Shown here one piece after another: positions 40,501-52,630 of a stretch of DNA of 64,000 nt; the first letter of the stretch is position 1; every line of letters starts with the position of its first letter. Under the pieces are notes generated by a model. It was given only the letters and a program-made list of their open reading frames with translations. It was not told the DNA's origin and searched no databases. Position numbers and translations under genes: made by a program. Origin of the DNA: Camelus ferus (taxonomy: Eukaryota); the NCBI RefSeq assembly GCF_009834535.1, contig NC_045698.1:14882001-14946000 (forward strand), given 5' to 3'.

Positions 40501-42869
40501 CTGTCTGGTTTTTGAAAGTCAAAAGGAAGAAAATAATAGAAGTTAGCCAGTCACGCAACTCAGTAATGGTAAGCACAAAGGTCAACTATAATTGTAAAGA
40601 GATAGAAAGGAATATCAAGTGGAATTTTAATGTTTTATTCTTTATACTTAGATTTTAAAATATATATACACACACACACACATTCATCCATAAGATTAGA
40701 GCACCTTTTAAGAAAAAGAATGTGGTTTGATTTGATTTAATTTGATTAAAGGTTTTATCTCAGGGGTGTGAGGGGAAGCTAAACTATAGGTGTAAAGTAA
40801 TTAAAACATGTTTAAAGGTAGCCAAGATAAACAATGGTATCAATCTAAGCATGAAAACAAAGAAAGGCTACTTTTCTGGTAAATATATGAATGCAACTTC
40901 TGGGCAAATCTGTTTTTCTTTTTTAGTAACTTTGCATATCAATACATCAAGGAACACTCACTATCTTTAAACGAGCTGACCATGCTAAATTTGTAAGTAT
41001 ACTTCATTAAAAAATGTTTATTTGAAGAAACAAAAGGCTAACAACCCAGAATGTAGAATACTCCTATAACGTTGTCTAGAAGAGATGGACTTCCAGAGAG
41101 AGGCAAGGCGCTGCCTTTTTGCTCTGAGCAGAGCTCCTTAGTGTGGTCTACAGAACAGTGCTGGTCAAGAACTGTCACTGCTCGGACTAGATAGCATGAG
41201 ATAAAGAGTGAGCATTTCCATATGTTAGTATCTAATTGAGAGAGTAATTTTCTGATTACCCTAAAAATAAAAATCCATGCTTGTATTTAATATTTTAAAA
41301 TTTCATTTCTCCAGTACTTCACTTTAATTTGTATTATATGAAAGTATATAAAAGTATGTAAGTACTGAGTTATGAAAAATCAGGTGTGATATACTCTAGA
41401 TCAGTGGCCCTCAAATTACAGCCTACTGGCTGACTTTGGTGTGCCTATGGACTATGTTCTAGAGTTTTATTGGAACACAGCCAAAATCATTTGTGTATGT
41501 ATGCATAGTGTCAGTAATAGTAAACCTCTATGAGAGAAAATATTTTTCCTGTATTTAAATATATTAATCCATTTCAAAGCATTATGGTTAACTAGAAATT
41601 AATACATATTATTCTTTTATGATGCAGTGAAAATATGTTAAATATATAACAGACTGCTACCACAGTAAACTAATTTATCAATTTAAAATGTTGGATTGAT
41701 TAGATTCTTAGACATTTGAAGAGAGTTTGGGGGCAGGACTGATATGATTTTATATACTAATATTATTATACTTGAAAGTTATGCTACATTATTATAACTC
41801 CTCTCAAAATACATTAACCTTTTAAAAACAGAATTTAATCATGATAAATTCATAAACTGTTTATATTTTTAATTGACAGCTCCAATACATAGCATTGGTA
41901 CCACATATGTAATAGATACTCAAAGAGTTGTTAAATAAACAAATGATAAGCAAGTCTATGAAATGAAATGGAACACAGATACATTAACTTTCCTGAAAGA
42001 GGTAGAATTTAGCAATAGATTGATAAAAGTCATCTTAAAATTCTTAACTTTATTGCCAATTACGGTACAGAGTTTCTTAATAAAATAGATACCATAGATA
42101 AATATAAAGTTTTAAAGCATTTTTTTCCTTACTTGGCATCATTGGACATTTAGAGAGTTTCTGTGATTTATATCAGGTGATTCTGGATTTCAATTTAATG
42201 TTTAGGTGTTTCTCATAATTAACATTGAATCAAAAGTAGTTATCTCATGACTTTTAAAAAATGGTCTTATAAGAAGTCCTAGAGTTCTCTAGTTAGTGTA
42301 TCTGTAGTATATTTTTGTCTGTTTGTTTTTGTTTCCTCTCTTGTCTTTACCTGAACCAGAGATTAACTTAATTTGATAAACTTGTGCTTTGTGCTTTTCT
42401 ATTCTTGAAACCAGTGCCAAATTCATAGATGAGACTTCTTCAACAATAAGTAGGCAAAGGCTTCAGTTTCTGCTGAGCTTGTCTAATACTCAGAGCAACC
42501 CATTTCAGTTATAGCTTATTCTAGAATTAGGAACTTTGTAAAGCTGAATAGAAATATAATCCAAATAACTAACATACTGCTTAGTTATTATAGAATGGAA
42601 AATGGAGATATAAAACCGAGTGAAAATGTAAAACACATTATTTCTCAGCTTGAGAATGTTTCGTTGCATGACCTAAATGATTACTGTTTATATTTATACA
42701 CTGCGTTATCTAATTTTTTTTAAAGATATACCTTTTCCTGATCCTCAGTTGCTAGTTATGTGAGATGTTGGCAGCATGAATTGACATAAAATTCAAATAT
42801 AGTTTTCATAAGTGTTCTAAAAACCAATATCATGTAGAGAAAGGAAACCTACTTGTAATAAAGAAAGAA

Positions 42870-43337
42870 AATTAGCATTTCACTGATTCAATGACAATAA
42901 TATGTGTATCAACCCCCTTAATGATAAGCATTTGCTCTTAGGATATTTGGATTCAGTGGAGGGCATGTAGGTGATTCACGTGATCTTGAACCCCTCGCTG
43001 ACACATTTGGGGGCTGGCTGGTTCTCAGCCAGTGTAGGATAGTCTTAACAGCAGAGGTTTAGGAGGATCAGATCTGCAAGCACCTCCTCCTCCAGCAGGC
43101 TAGCACACACAAGTTCTAACGGGAATGCAAAGAACTACTAGAACACATGAAAACACACAGGTCCTCTTGAGGACTAGGCATGGAACTGATACCATATAAC
43201 TTCCACCGTCTTCTGTTTGCCAAAGCAGTGCACATAAACAAGTGCAGAATCAGAATGTAAGGACACTTTAAGGTTACATGGCAAAGGTCATGAATACAGA
43301 GAAGTAGAGATTTGGGGCCAATAATATAATCTATTAC
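42870..43337 (-). mobile_element. Old MaLR LTR (MLT1G/H-like)
   Basis: cctccagcaggctagc...ggtcctcttgaggactaggcatggaactg...ggttacatggcaaagg...ttggggcca...tctattaca. Confidence 0.6.
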
Positions 43338-44014
43338 AGCAGTAAGTATTCGACTACTTTTGAAAGAAGCAGATGTATGATGCAGGATGAAAACAGTATC
43401 AAATTTAAAAATACTATTAAGATACAAATAAATACTGAGACAACTAAGATTTTAATAAATCACTGCTATTTGGGAAGGTAAACGATACTCCCTTAGAATG
43501 AATAATGCTGCAACATATTTCCTAATGTATATGATATTAACATTTTAATTATATAGCTATTATAATACACCTTACGTTGATTAATTAAGTACACATTTGA
43601 AAATATGGCAAAAGTTCACTGAATTCCAGGAACACACCTCCGCTAAGTTTACTATGCTAACTTGTACTTATTTTTAGTAAAATAAGACAGTAAAATGGGA
43701 CTTGGATCAAATATCCAGTGAATGTGACTTTTCCTTACTCCATTTTGGTCTGTATGTTTGCTGACAACAAATATTTTTCTCCAAATTTTCTAGTTAGTCT
43801 GTAGTCTGTCAAAATTAATGTTATAGAAGTTCTCTAAAACATTCAGTTCTTTTTTTTTTTTGAATTTCTCAATGATTGCAACCATGTGCAAATCTGCTTT
43901 TTTGTGTCTCTGAGCAATTTAGCAATTTGGGGTAAAGAATTGCCACTGCCAAGGAAAGGGAGGACTTCTGTGAGATCCTTGGTATTTTCCAATAGAGCTT
44001 TGATGTAACTTACA

Positions 44015-44073
44015 CAAAATCTGTGAGATGCAGCTCAAGCAGTGTTCAGAGGAAAATGAATAGCTATAAATGC
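44015..44073 (+). mobile_element. 59-nt internal L1 ORF2 fragment, antisense to the pseudogene
   Basis: caaaatctgtgagatgcagctcaagcagtgttcagaggaaaatgaatagctataaatgc corresponds to L1 ORF2 QNLWDAAKAVLRGKFIAINA. No tail or TSD. Confidence 0.8.
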
Positions 44074-44459
44074 CTACAGGAAATAGAAAATTTCTGGGAG
44101 ATTCTTTTCCAGTTTGGCTAGCCAGATCTGTGTTTTAGTGAAATATTCCAAATTATTTAGTGGGACAACAGAGAGACTATCTTTATTCTCATCCTCAGTA
44201 TTCTTTGCTTCAGGAAAAAGCTTTGATGTAGAACTTTCCAGTCTCTGATTCTGTCTTGAGAATGTCTGGAATAAAGGCTTCATTGATATACATCATTTTT
44301 TTTTTTAATTTCGACTTTAACAGTCACCTCTTCTTTATCAAAAAAATCTCTTGTAATTTAAAATGTAATTCTCCTTTTTGATGAAGTTTAGAACCTACTG
44401 ATTTCTACCATCAGAATAATTTCTGAAATCACTAGTGCCTTAGAATCCATCTTTCCATA

Positions 44460-44872
44460 TTTTTTTTTTTTAACACCTTTCTTGTGGTATGGTTCCTGTA
44501 CAGTAAACTACACATATTTCAGATGTACAATTTGATGAATTTTGATAGGTGTATAGACCAGAGAAACCACTACCACAATCAAGATAGTTAATATTTTCAT
44601 CACATGCACCCCAATGTTCACGGCAGCACTGTTTACAATAGCCAAGACATGGAAACAACACAGATGTCCATCAGCAGATGACTAGATAAAGAAGATGTGG
44701 TAAATACATATAATGGAATACTACTCAGCCATAAAAAATAAAATAATGTCATCTTCAGCAACATGGATGGACCTGGAGATCGTCATTCTAAGTGAAGTAA
44801 GCCAGAAAGAAAGAAAAATGCCTATCACTTATATGTGAAACCTAAACAAAAGGACACAGATGAACTTATCTG
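44460..44872 (-). mobile_element. 5'-inverted chimeric L1 insertion inside the UBXN2A retrocopy
   Basis: T-tail at 44460-44471, old-type L1 3' end on the minus strand to ~44602, then a young-type ORF2 end/3'UTR on the plus strand at 44603-44872. TSD TATTTTT at 44458-44464 and 44873-44879. The pseudogene reading resumes on both sides. Confidence 0.8.
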
Positions 44873-45239
44873 TATTTTTATACTGACATTTACCTTCTCT
44901 TCATTTTTGTGGGTGACAAGTAGTTAACACGCCTCTTCTGAGCTTCCTGCAAAGGCTGTTAACAAAATATTTAAAGTTCACTTGTCAATTATCACTGAAA
45001 GGATAGTTAACAGATCCTGCTTCACAATTCCATTCTTCTGTCGAATCCATTCATTCTCCATACTTTCAAGATTATCTACTTCTTTCATTCCCTTTGCCTT
45101 ACTCTGGGGGCCATGGCCTCTTTCTCAATTTCTTCAGGGACCCTGAGGCCTTGCCACAGCGTTCAACTTGCACAACCTCCCATGGCCACTTCATTGTAGC
45201 CCTTCCACAAGAACACTGTTCCCCAACTCCTATTTTTTT

Positions 45240-47330
45240 TTTTTTTAGGAAATTTAATATTTGTACACACATAGAAATTTTTGACAAGTTCTTTGTATTT
45301 AGTAACACATTTATTATCTTCATTGTTCTTTAAAGGTATTTTGTTTGTTTCAAACTGTACAACTATCCTTTAGCATTTCTTAGTACAATTTTGTGAGAGA
45401 AATTCTTTAAGCTTTCTTTTCTGTCATTTTACCTCTAGTTTTGAAATATTTTTTCACATATTTCACAGAAAATAGACTTTTAGACTTTATTTTTAGCTCT
45501 TTAAAGATTTAATTTCATTGTCTTTTGACTTTCATTGTTTCTATGAGAATGTAGCTATCATTTCACTATCAGTTCATTCTATATTTTTATTGTCTCTGTC
45601 TTCTATCCAAAATTTCCTTTGTCTTTGGTTTTCAGTGGTTTTATTATGATGGCTGTTTTTATTTGCATTTATCACACTTCAGATTCTTTGAATTCTTGGA
45701 TTTGTGGGAGGTTTTATTTGTTTGTTTTCAATCATACTTAAAATTCTCAACTTTAATCTCTTAAAATATTTGTTGTTACCTATTTTCTCTTTCTTCTCCT
45801 CCTGGGTCTGAAATACTTGTATATTCAAATATCTTGATATTGTCCCATGAGTTTCAAATGATTTATTCCTTTTTTCTCTCTCTTATTTTTGTGCTTTAGT
45901 AAAAATAATTTCTGTTGTCACATCTTTAAGTTGAAAATTATTTTCTGTGTTTTTTTTTTTTATTATTATTCTAACTATACTGTATCAACCTAGTTTATAG
46001 TTGAGTAGGGTTAGGGCTTTTGGATTACTTTATTTATATTTAGTGCCCCATGGATTTGAAAAGCTTCAGTGATGGATAGTTGCTGCTTTTTACTTAGCAT
46101 GAGGCCTGGAATGATCGAGGCTCTCTCTCTTTGTCCTTCTCCACCTTCCCCTTTTAGCAGGCCAAGGAAGACATTACCAAAGATGGGTTTCTCCCTATGC
46201 TTTGCTCCTCTCCCAGAAGTAGGGCATTGCTTGCAACCCAATGTAAGAGGCACAGTGGGGAAAGATTTTTCAGTTTCTGTTTCCAACGCAACTTGTAACA
46301 CTCCCTGTTTCCTTGAGCCTCAAGTCTTGGGCTTTCACAGCATTTCTACCCCTTGACAGCAAACAACCACTTCCTCCTATTCAATGTAGGTCCTAAACCC
46401 AAAGAGATGTCCTGGTACTCTCAACTGCAGCAATTGTTTGCCTCATACTGATGCACAATCAGAGATAGGTATGTTTCCTGCTCAGCCTTCAGGGGAAGAT
46501 GGCTTAATGGCATGAATTTAAAGAGTCTGTGGTATGTAAGTGGTCTCTACTTCCCATAGCATCAGAGAGCTTTGCCTAGTGTCAGTGCAGGGTCTCTCTG
46601 GCTCCATCCCAGTAGTAGCCAGTCTTGGCCTTGTACTGATATAGAGGGTTGGGGGTACTGGTCATTTATCTGTCTTTTCCCCAATGACAGATATTTTCTG
46701 CTTCCAACAGTGAAAGATCTGGGGGCAAACAGGGTTCCATTTTTCCCCCCAGTAGCAGAGAGCTTCTCCAATCACTTCAAGGCCTAGGGTGAGTGTGGAT
46801 GGTTTTCCTGCACACTGCTCAGGGCAGCCAGTCTTAGAGTCCTGCAGGATTTGGTGGAAAGGCAGGTAGTGTTAGATTCTCCTCCACCCACAAATGTTGA
46901 CGGGCCATACATCCTGTGCAGTTGGTATTTCTACCTTTCCTGTTTCATGAGCAATTGACCTGTGAAAAGGATTGACAAGTGGAAGGAAGTTTCCTTTTAT
47001 GTCTGGGGCTTTCAGGGATTCTAAGTTATGCTAGCCCATAATTGGCATTTAATAATTCATCAAAATTTAAGCTGTTTTCATCCAACTTAACTTTATAGTA
47101 GCTAACTCTATTTCCCATTGTTATGTCTTAGATGAAAACACGTTATGTGTCTCATCCCTTCTCGGAAATGTGTGTCACCCACTGGAATGTTTTTTCATTA
47201 GGTAGCCTTTTGATCTTACTGTTTTGTTTTGTTAAAGGTCAGACCTGTTCTCATTTTTAAGGTGATAAAAAGTTTTTTTGTTTTTGAGGCTTTCTATGTT
47301 TTATGCAAAAAAAGGTAATCTCACTTTTCA
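45240..47330 (-). mobile_element. Old L1 ORF1 and 5' region (L1M/L1MC-like)
   Basis: ttttagctctttaaagatttaatttcattgtcttttgactttcattgtttctatgagaa is the antisense ORF1 CTD. GC-richer 5' region at 46.0-47.3 kb. Confidence 0.55.
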
Positions 47331-48349
47331 ATTTTAAAACTTAATTTTGGAAAGATGTAAGGTGCTAACATATAACACTTACCTGCTTTATACCTTTATG
47401 GATGGGAACTTTAGCCACATTTTTGTTTTTATCCTACCTCTCATAGTCATAAAATGCATATGTTTGACTCAGTTTCATGCTCAAAAATATCAGAATTTGA
47501 TAAATTAGAAGCATATTTTATTTAGTATGAGACTATTATTTATTAAGTCATTCAGATTATGTTTTTCTAAACAACTACAATATAAAGAGAAAGAATAAAC
47601 TGAAGTTTTTTATTATCTGCTGAAGCATTTCTTATAGGCATGTACAAACAGGTGCACAGATGTGCAAACAGATCCATCTAGATTACTCATTTCTCCATCT
47701 TTACTGTCATCATCGATACACAGAGACACACTTTTGGGACTCATATTTTTCTCCTAGAAGTTTGCAGTTTACCTCAGATATTGCCTAGGGTTGGGGGAAG
47801 TCTGTTGGTACATTAGTATTAGTTCTGTGACAAACATTGGTTATTACAAATCTTTATGTGAGGATTTTAGCTTAGTTTTTTTCAGATCCTACAACATGTC
47901 TTTTTTATTACTAGTAAACTAGATGGTTAGAGTGTGTGGATCATTAAACTTTGCATTTGAATTAAAGAACAGTAAGCATAGGTTTTACAAAAGAGAGGGC
48001 ATTAAGGAATAGTGTCCTTTTTGACTTTGCAGAGGCAAAATGCTTGACTAAATGAATAATAAACAGATGACTTTGAATATTTATAATAGTTTTGCAAAAA
48101 ACCCCAAAGTAGTCATGCTACCTGTGATAATGAAAATGACAATGTTTTCAGCCACAGGCTTATTTCGAATAATAGTAATTTGTAAATGTTCTTTCAAGGA
48201 GAACTAATAATTATGTTTTCATTTTTTAGATATGCAGAGGTAATAGCAAGTTATTCATGGATTTTAATGAATCATGCATATTTTCAGTCCATGCCCAGCC
48301 GTTCTAGACTTCCAACTATATGCAATATAGCTTCTTCGGGCTCCTCAGG

Positions 48350-50280
48350 GTCTTTAGGTCTACATTTAGGTCTATAATCATCTTGAATTAATTTTTATAT
48401 ATGGTGGTATATACAGGCAGTGTGGATTAAATAATTAATATGTGTTATTTTTATTTCTTTCTAATAAGCTTTATTTTTAGAATAGTTTTAGGCTGATAAT
48501 AAAGTTGAATGAAAGGTATAGATTTTCCATTGTAACGGATTTCCAATTGTACCATACATTTGCTGAAAAGATTATCTTTTCCACATTTAAATCACTTTGT
48601 ACTTCTACTAACCCGGTTGACTTTATTTGTATGTATCTATTTCTCTTTTCCTTTTTGTCGCAATTGATATGTGTGTGTGTGTTTATATATAGATTCATCT
48701 GCTTGTGCTAGACTGTTTTTTTTACTATGACTGTATAATGCATCTGGATGGCAGGCCATTTAAACCCTCAAACTATATTCATCATTCACAAAATTATGTT
48801 TCCTGTTTTTATCATTTTTATATTTGTTTTGCTGTTGTTTTGTAAAATTTTATATTTCAGTTCTTTGCGGCTGATATATATATATAAATATTATAAATTG
48901 AGATATAAATATATATCCCATTTAACCTACAACCATGCTAAAGATACATAAAAATATATTTCACATTCTTTTATTCTTTATTTACACACTATAGTCCCTT
49001 TTGCAAATAAAGATGGATATATTCCCTTACAATATGTCTATTTTTCTTTCTTTATCTAGCTTTCTTGTACTGCCTAGGACCTCCAGTAAAAATGTTGTCC
49101 TTATTTTTAAATGTCCTTTAGTTTGTAGCTTACTTGTATCTTGGTATTTAATGTGGGATGTCTGGAGGTTGACTGTTTTGGTCTTGCTCTATCATCTAGT
49201 TTTATACTCTATGAGTTTTCATTTACATGATTAGATGATTCATGTTTCTTGCAATTTTTGTTATTGTTTAAATCTGACATCTTGCTGTTTGTCTTCTCTT
49301 TTCCCATTTGTTCTCTGTTATTTATTTATTTTCTGCTTCATGACGTCTGTGGGTTTTTAAATGTTATTACATATTAATTCCTATTGATTTTTTTAACATT
49401 TTTTATTGATTTATAATCATTTTACGATGTTGTGTCAAATTCCAGTGTTCAGCACAATTTTTCAGTTATTCATGGACATATACATACTCATTGTCACATT
49501 TTTTTCTCTGTGAGTTATCATAACATTTTGTGTATATTTCCCTGTGCTATACAGTGTAGTCTATTCTATATTGATTTTTTAGCTATATATTTTTGTTCTA
49601 TTATTCTTCTTCAGTGATTGCTCTATGGTTTGAAATACACATCTTTTAACATCACCTTCTACCTTCAGAATAAATAGTACTACATCACTTATAATGTAAT
49701 AACAGTATAGAATTATGCTTCAATTTTTTTATTTCTATTAATATATTACTATTTCTATTATTGTATTATATTATTAAACATTTAACCATCGCACAAATCT
49801 CACAGTACTGTTATTTTTTTCTTTAGAGAGTAAATTATATGTTAAAGAAAATGAAAACAGTAAAAAGCATTATCTTTTATACCTACACATGCATTTACTT
49901 TTACTGACAATTTTCATTCATTTTTATCTGATATAATTTTATTCTATCTGTAGAACTTATTTTTTACATATCTTTTGGGCAAAGTCATGGACAATGGATT
50001 CTGAAATTTTTTGCCTGAAAAATTCTTTATTTCCCTTTGATTTTTATAATACATTTTCTATGTGTTCAGAATCCTAGGCTGACTTTTATTTTTCCTGCAA
50101 GTTAATATTGTCATTTCATTTGTTGTCTGACATGTATAAGTTTGTGATAAGAAATCTATTGTTTTACTTATTATTTTTCCTCTATACACATTGTGCCTTT
50201 TTCTCTAGTTTCTTTTATGATCTTATCTTTATTACTAGATAAGCCTTATAATGGGTGTCTTCATTTAATTCATTGGACCT
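48350..50280 (-). mobile_element. Old L1 remnants
   Basis: tttaggtctataatcatcttgaattaatttttatatatggt, tactgcctaggacctccagtaaaaatgttg and gtttgtgataagaaatct are decayed antisense ORF2/ORF1 pieces. Confidence 0.5.
49394..49568 (-). mobile_element. Short young L1 3' end, same family tail as the 34.8-kb element
   Basis: The reverse complement matches 37725-37885 (gaaaaattgtgct..acact.gaatttgacacaacat.gtaaaatga...caataaaaaatgt). TSD TATTGATTTTTT at 49382-49393 and 49569-49580. Confidence 0.88.
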
Positions 50281-50579
50281 ATGGATGTATGAATTTAACC
50301 AAGTTTTGTATTAACTCCTGTAATCCTAACAGTTCTAATGAGGAGATTGTGTTATATTAACCTATTATCAACAAGGTTAAATTGGGAACAAATTTTCCAG
50401 AATCCAATTTCCTGTCAATTCCGAGGTTGGAGTTAACCAGGAACTTTCAAAAGGTATAGAATGAAGATGTGTGTTATTGGCCATCACTCACTAAATGTTG
50501 CTATGGTTAGATGATAAAGAACTCAGAAGTTTTCAGCTTGTCCTGCTGTCCCTTCAACTCATAATCCAAGTCTCCTTCT

Positions 50580-52630
50580 TTTTATTTTTATTTTTTTAAA
50601 AAGAACTTACTGAAGTATAGTCAGTTTATAGTGTGTGTCAGTTTCTGGTGTACAGCACAGTGCTTCAATCATATAAGAACATACATATATTCATTTTCAT
50701 ATTGTTTTTCACCATAAATTTCTACAAGTTATTGAATATACTTCCCTGTGCTATACAGTATAAACTCGTTATTTATCTATTTTATATATATTAGTTGGTA
50801 TCTGCAAATCTCAAACTCCCAATTTATCTCTTCCCACCCTTCCCCCCCATAACCACAAGTTTGTTCTCTACGTCTGTGAGTCTGTTTCTGTTTTATAAAT
50901 AAGTTCATTTGTCCTCTTTTTTAGATTCCACATATAAGTGATATCATATGGTATTTTTCTTTCCCCTTCTGGCTTACTTCACGTAGACTGATGTTCTCCA
51001 GGTCCATCCATGTCCATCCTTGTTGCTGCAAATGACATTATTTTATTATTTTTTATAACTGAGTAATATTCCATTGTATAACTATACCACAGCATCTTTA
51101 TCCAGTCAGCCGTCCATGGACGTTTAGGTTTTTTGCATGTCTTGGTATTGTAAATAGTGCTGCTATGAACACTTGGGTGCATGTATCTTTTTGAATTAAG
51201 GTTCCCTCTGGATATGTGCCCAGGAGTGGGATTGCTGTATCATATGGTAACTCTATTTTTGGTCTTTTGAGGAATCTCCATACTGTTTTCCACAATGGCT
51301 CCACCAAACTACATTCCTACCAGCAGTGTAGGAGGGCTGCCTTTTCTCCACACCCTCTCCAGCATTTATCATTTGTGGACTTTTGAATGATGGCCATTCT
51401 GACTGGTGAGAGGTGATACCTCATTGTAGTTTTCATTTGCATTTTTCTGATAATTAGTGATATTGAGCATTTTTTTTGTGTGCCTATTGGCCATTTGTAT
51501 GAATTGCTTGTTTAGGTCTTCTGCCCATTTTTGGATTGGGTTGTTTCTTTTTCTTATTAAGTTGTATAAGCTGTTTATATATTCTGGAAATTAAGCCCTT
51601 GTCAGTCTCATCTTTTATGAATATTTTCTCCCATTCCATAGGTTGTCTTTTTGTTTTACTTATAGTTTCCTTTGCTGTGCAAAAGCTTATAAGCTTAATT
51701 AGGTCTCATTTGTTTATTTTTGCTCTTATTTCTATTGCTTGGGTAGATTGCCCTTGTAGAACATTGCTGAGATTTATGTTAGATAATTTTTGCCTATGTT
51801 TTCTCCTAAGAGGTTTATAGTATCTTGTCTTATGTTTAAGTCTTTAAGCCATTTTGGGTTTATTTTTGTGTGTGGAGTGAGGGAGTATTCTAACTTCATT
51901 GATTTACATGCAGCTGTCCAGTTTTCCCAACACCATTTGCTGAAGAGACTGTCTTTACTCCATTGTATGTTCTTGCCTCCTTTGTCAAAATTAATTGATC
52001 ATATGTGTGTGGGTTTATTTCTGGACTCTCTATTCTGTTTCATTGAGCTATGTATCTGGTTTTGTACCAATACCACACTGCCTTGATTACTTTAGCTTTG
52101 TAATATTGTCTGGAGTCTGAAAGGGTTATGCCTCAAGCTTTATTTTTTTTCCTCAGGATTGCTTTGGCAATTCTGGGTCTTATGTGTTTAAAGATAAATT
52201 TTAGGATTATTTGTTCTAGTTCTGTGAAAAGTGTCATGGGTTAATTTGATAGGGATTGCATTAAATCTATACATGGCTTTCGGTAGTATGGCCATTTTAA
52301 CAATATTAGTTATTCCAGTCCAAGACCAGGAGGTATCTTTCCATTTCTTGAATCATCTTTGATTTCCTTTATTAATGTTTGATGGTTTTCAGTCTATAAA
52401 TCTTTCACCTCCTTGATTAGATTTATTCCTAGGTATTATATGTTTGTTTTTGATGTGATTTTAAGCAGGATTGCCTTTTTACTTTCTCTTTCTGATATTT
52501 CATTGTTAGTGTAAAATGCATCACGTTTCTGTATATTAAAGTTGTATCTGCTACTTTGCTGAATTCATTTATCAGTTCTAATAGTTCTGGTGTGGAGTCT
52601 TTAGAGTTTTCTATATACAATATCATATCA
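50580..52630 (-). mobile_element. 5'-truncated L1 (~2 kb; end of RT to 3'UTR)
   Basis: Track ORFs DMILYIENSKDSTPELLELINEFSKVA and [28 protein letters not shown]-tail at ~50580. Imperfect TSD around TCTCCT(T)CTTT. Confidence 0.92.

Larger units (their letters stand above)
43660..45230 (-). pseudogene. UBXN2A: Processed pseudogene of UBX domain protein 2A (SEP+UBX p97 cofactor), with UTR remnants
   Basis: From the ATG at 45088 the minus strand reads MKEVDNLESM..EW..CEAGSVNYP..YFVNSL..EAQK..VNVSIK / IWKDGF*GTSDFRNYSDG..IKK..DKEEVTVKVE..KPLFQTFSRQNQRLES..AKNTEDENKDSLSVVPLNNLEYFTKTQIWLA..QKF / VSYIK..KYQGSHRSPPF..ADL..FREL, ending at a TAA at 43815-43817. This is colinear with the whole UBXN2A protein as I recall it, lacks introns, and has stops and frameshifts. 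The 3'UTR limit is approximate. Confidence 0.9.

Noticed and set aside
43996..44230. Exact 12-bp direct repeat AGCTTTGATGTA (43996-44007 and 44219-44230), resembling a TSD
   Set aside because: Both copies fall in colinear UBXN2A-derived coding sequence, so this is coincidental similarity rather than an insertion boundary.
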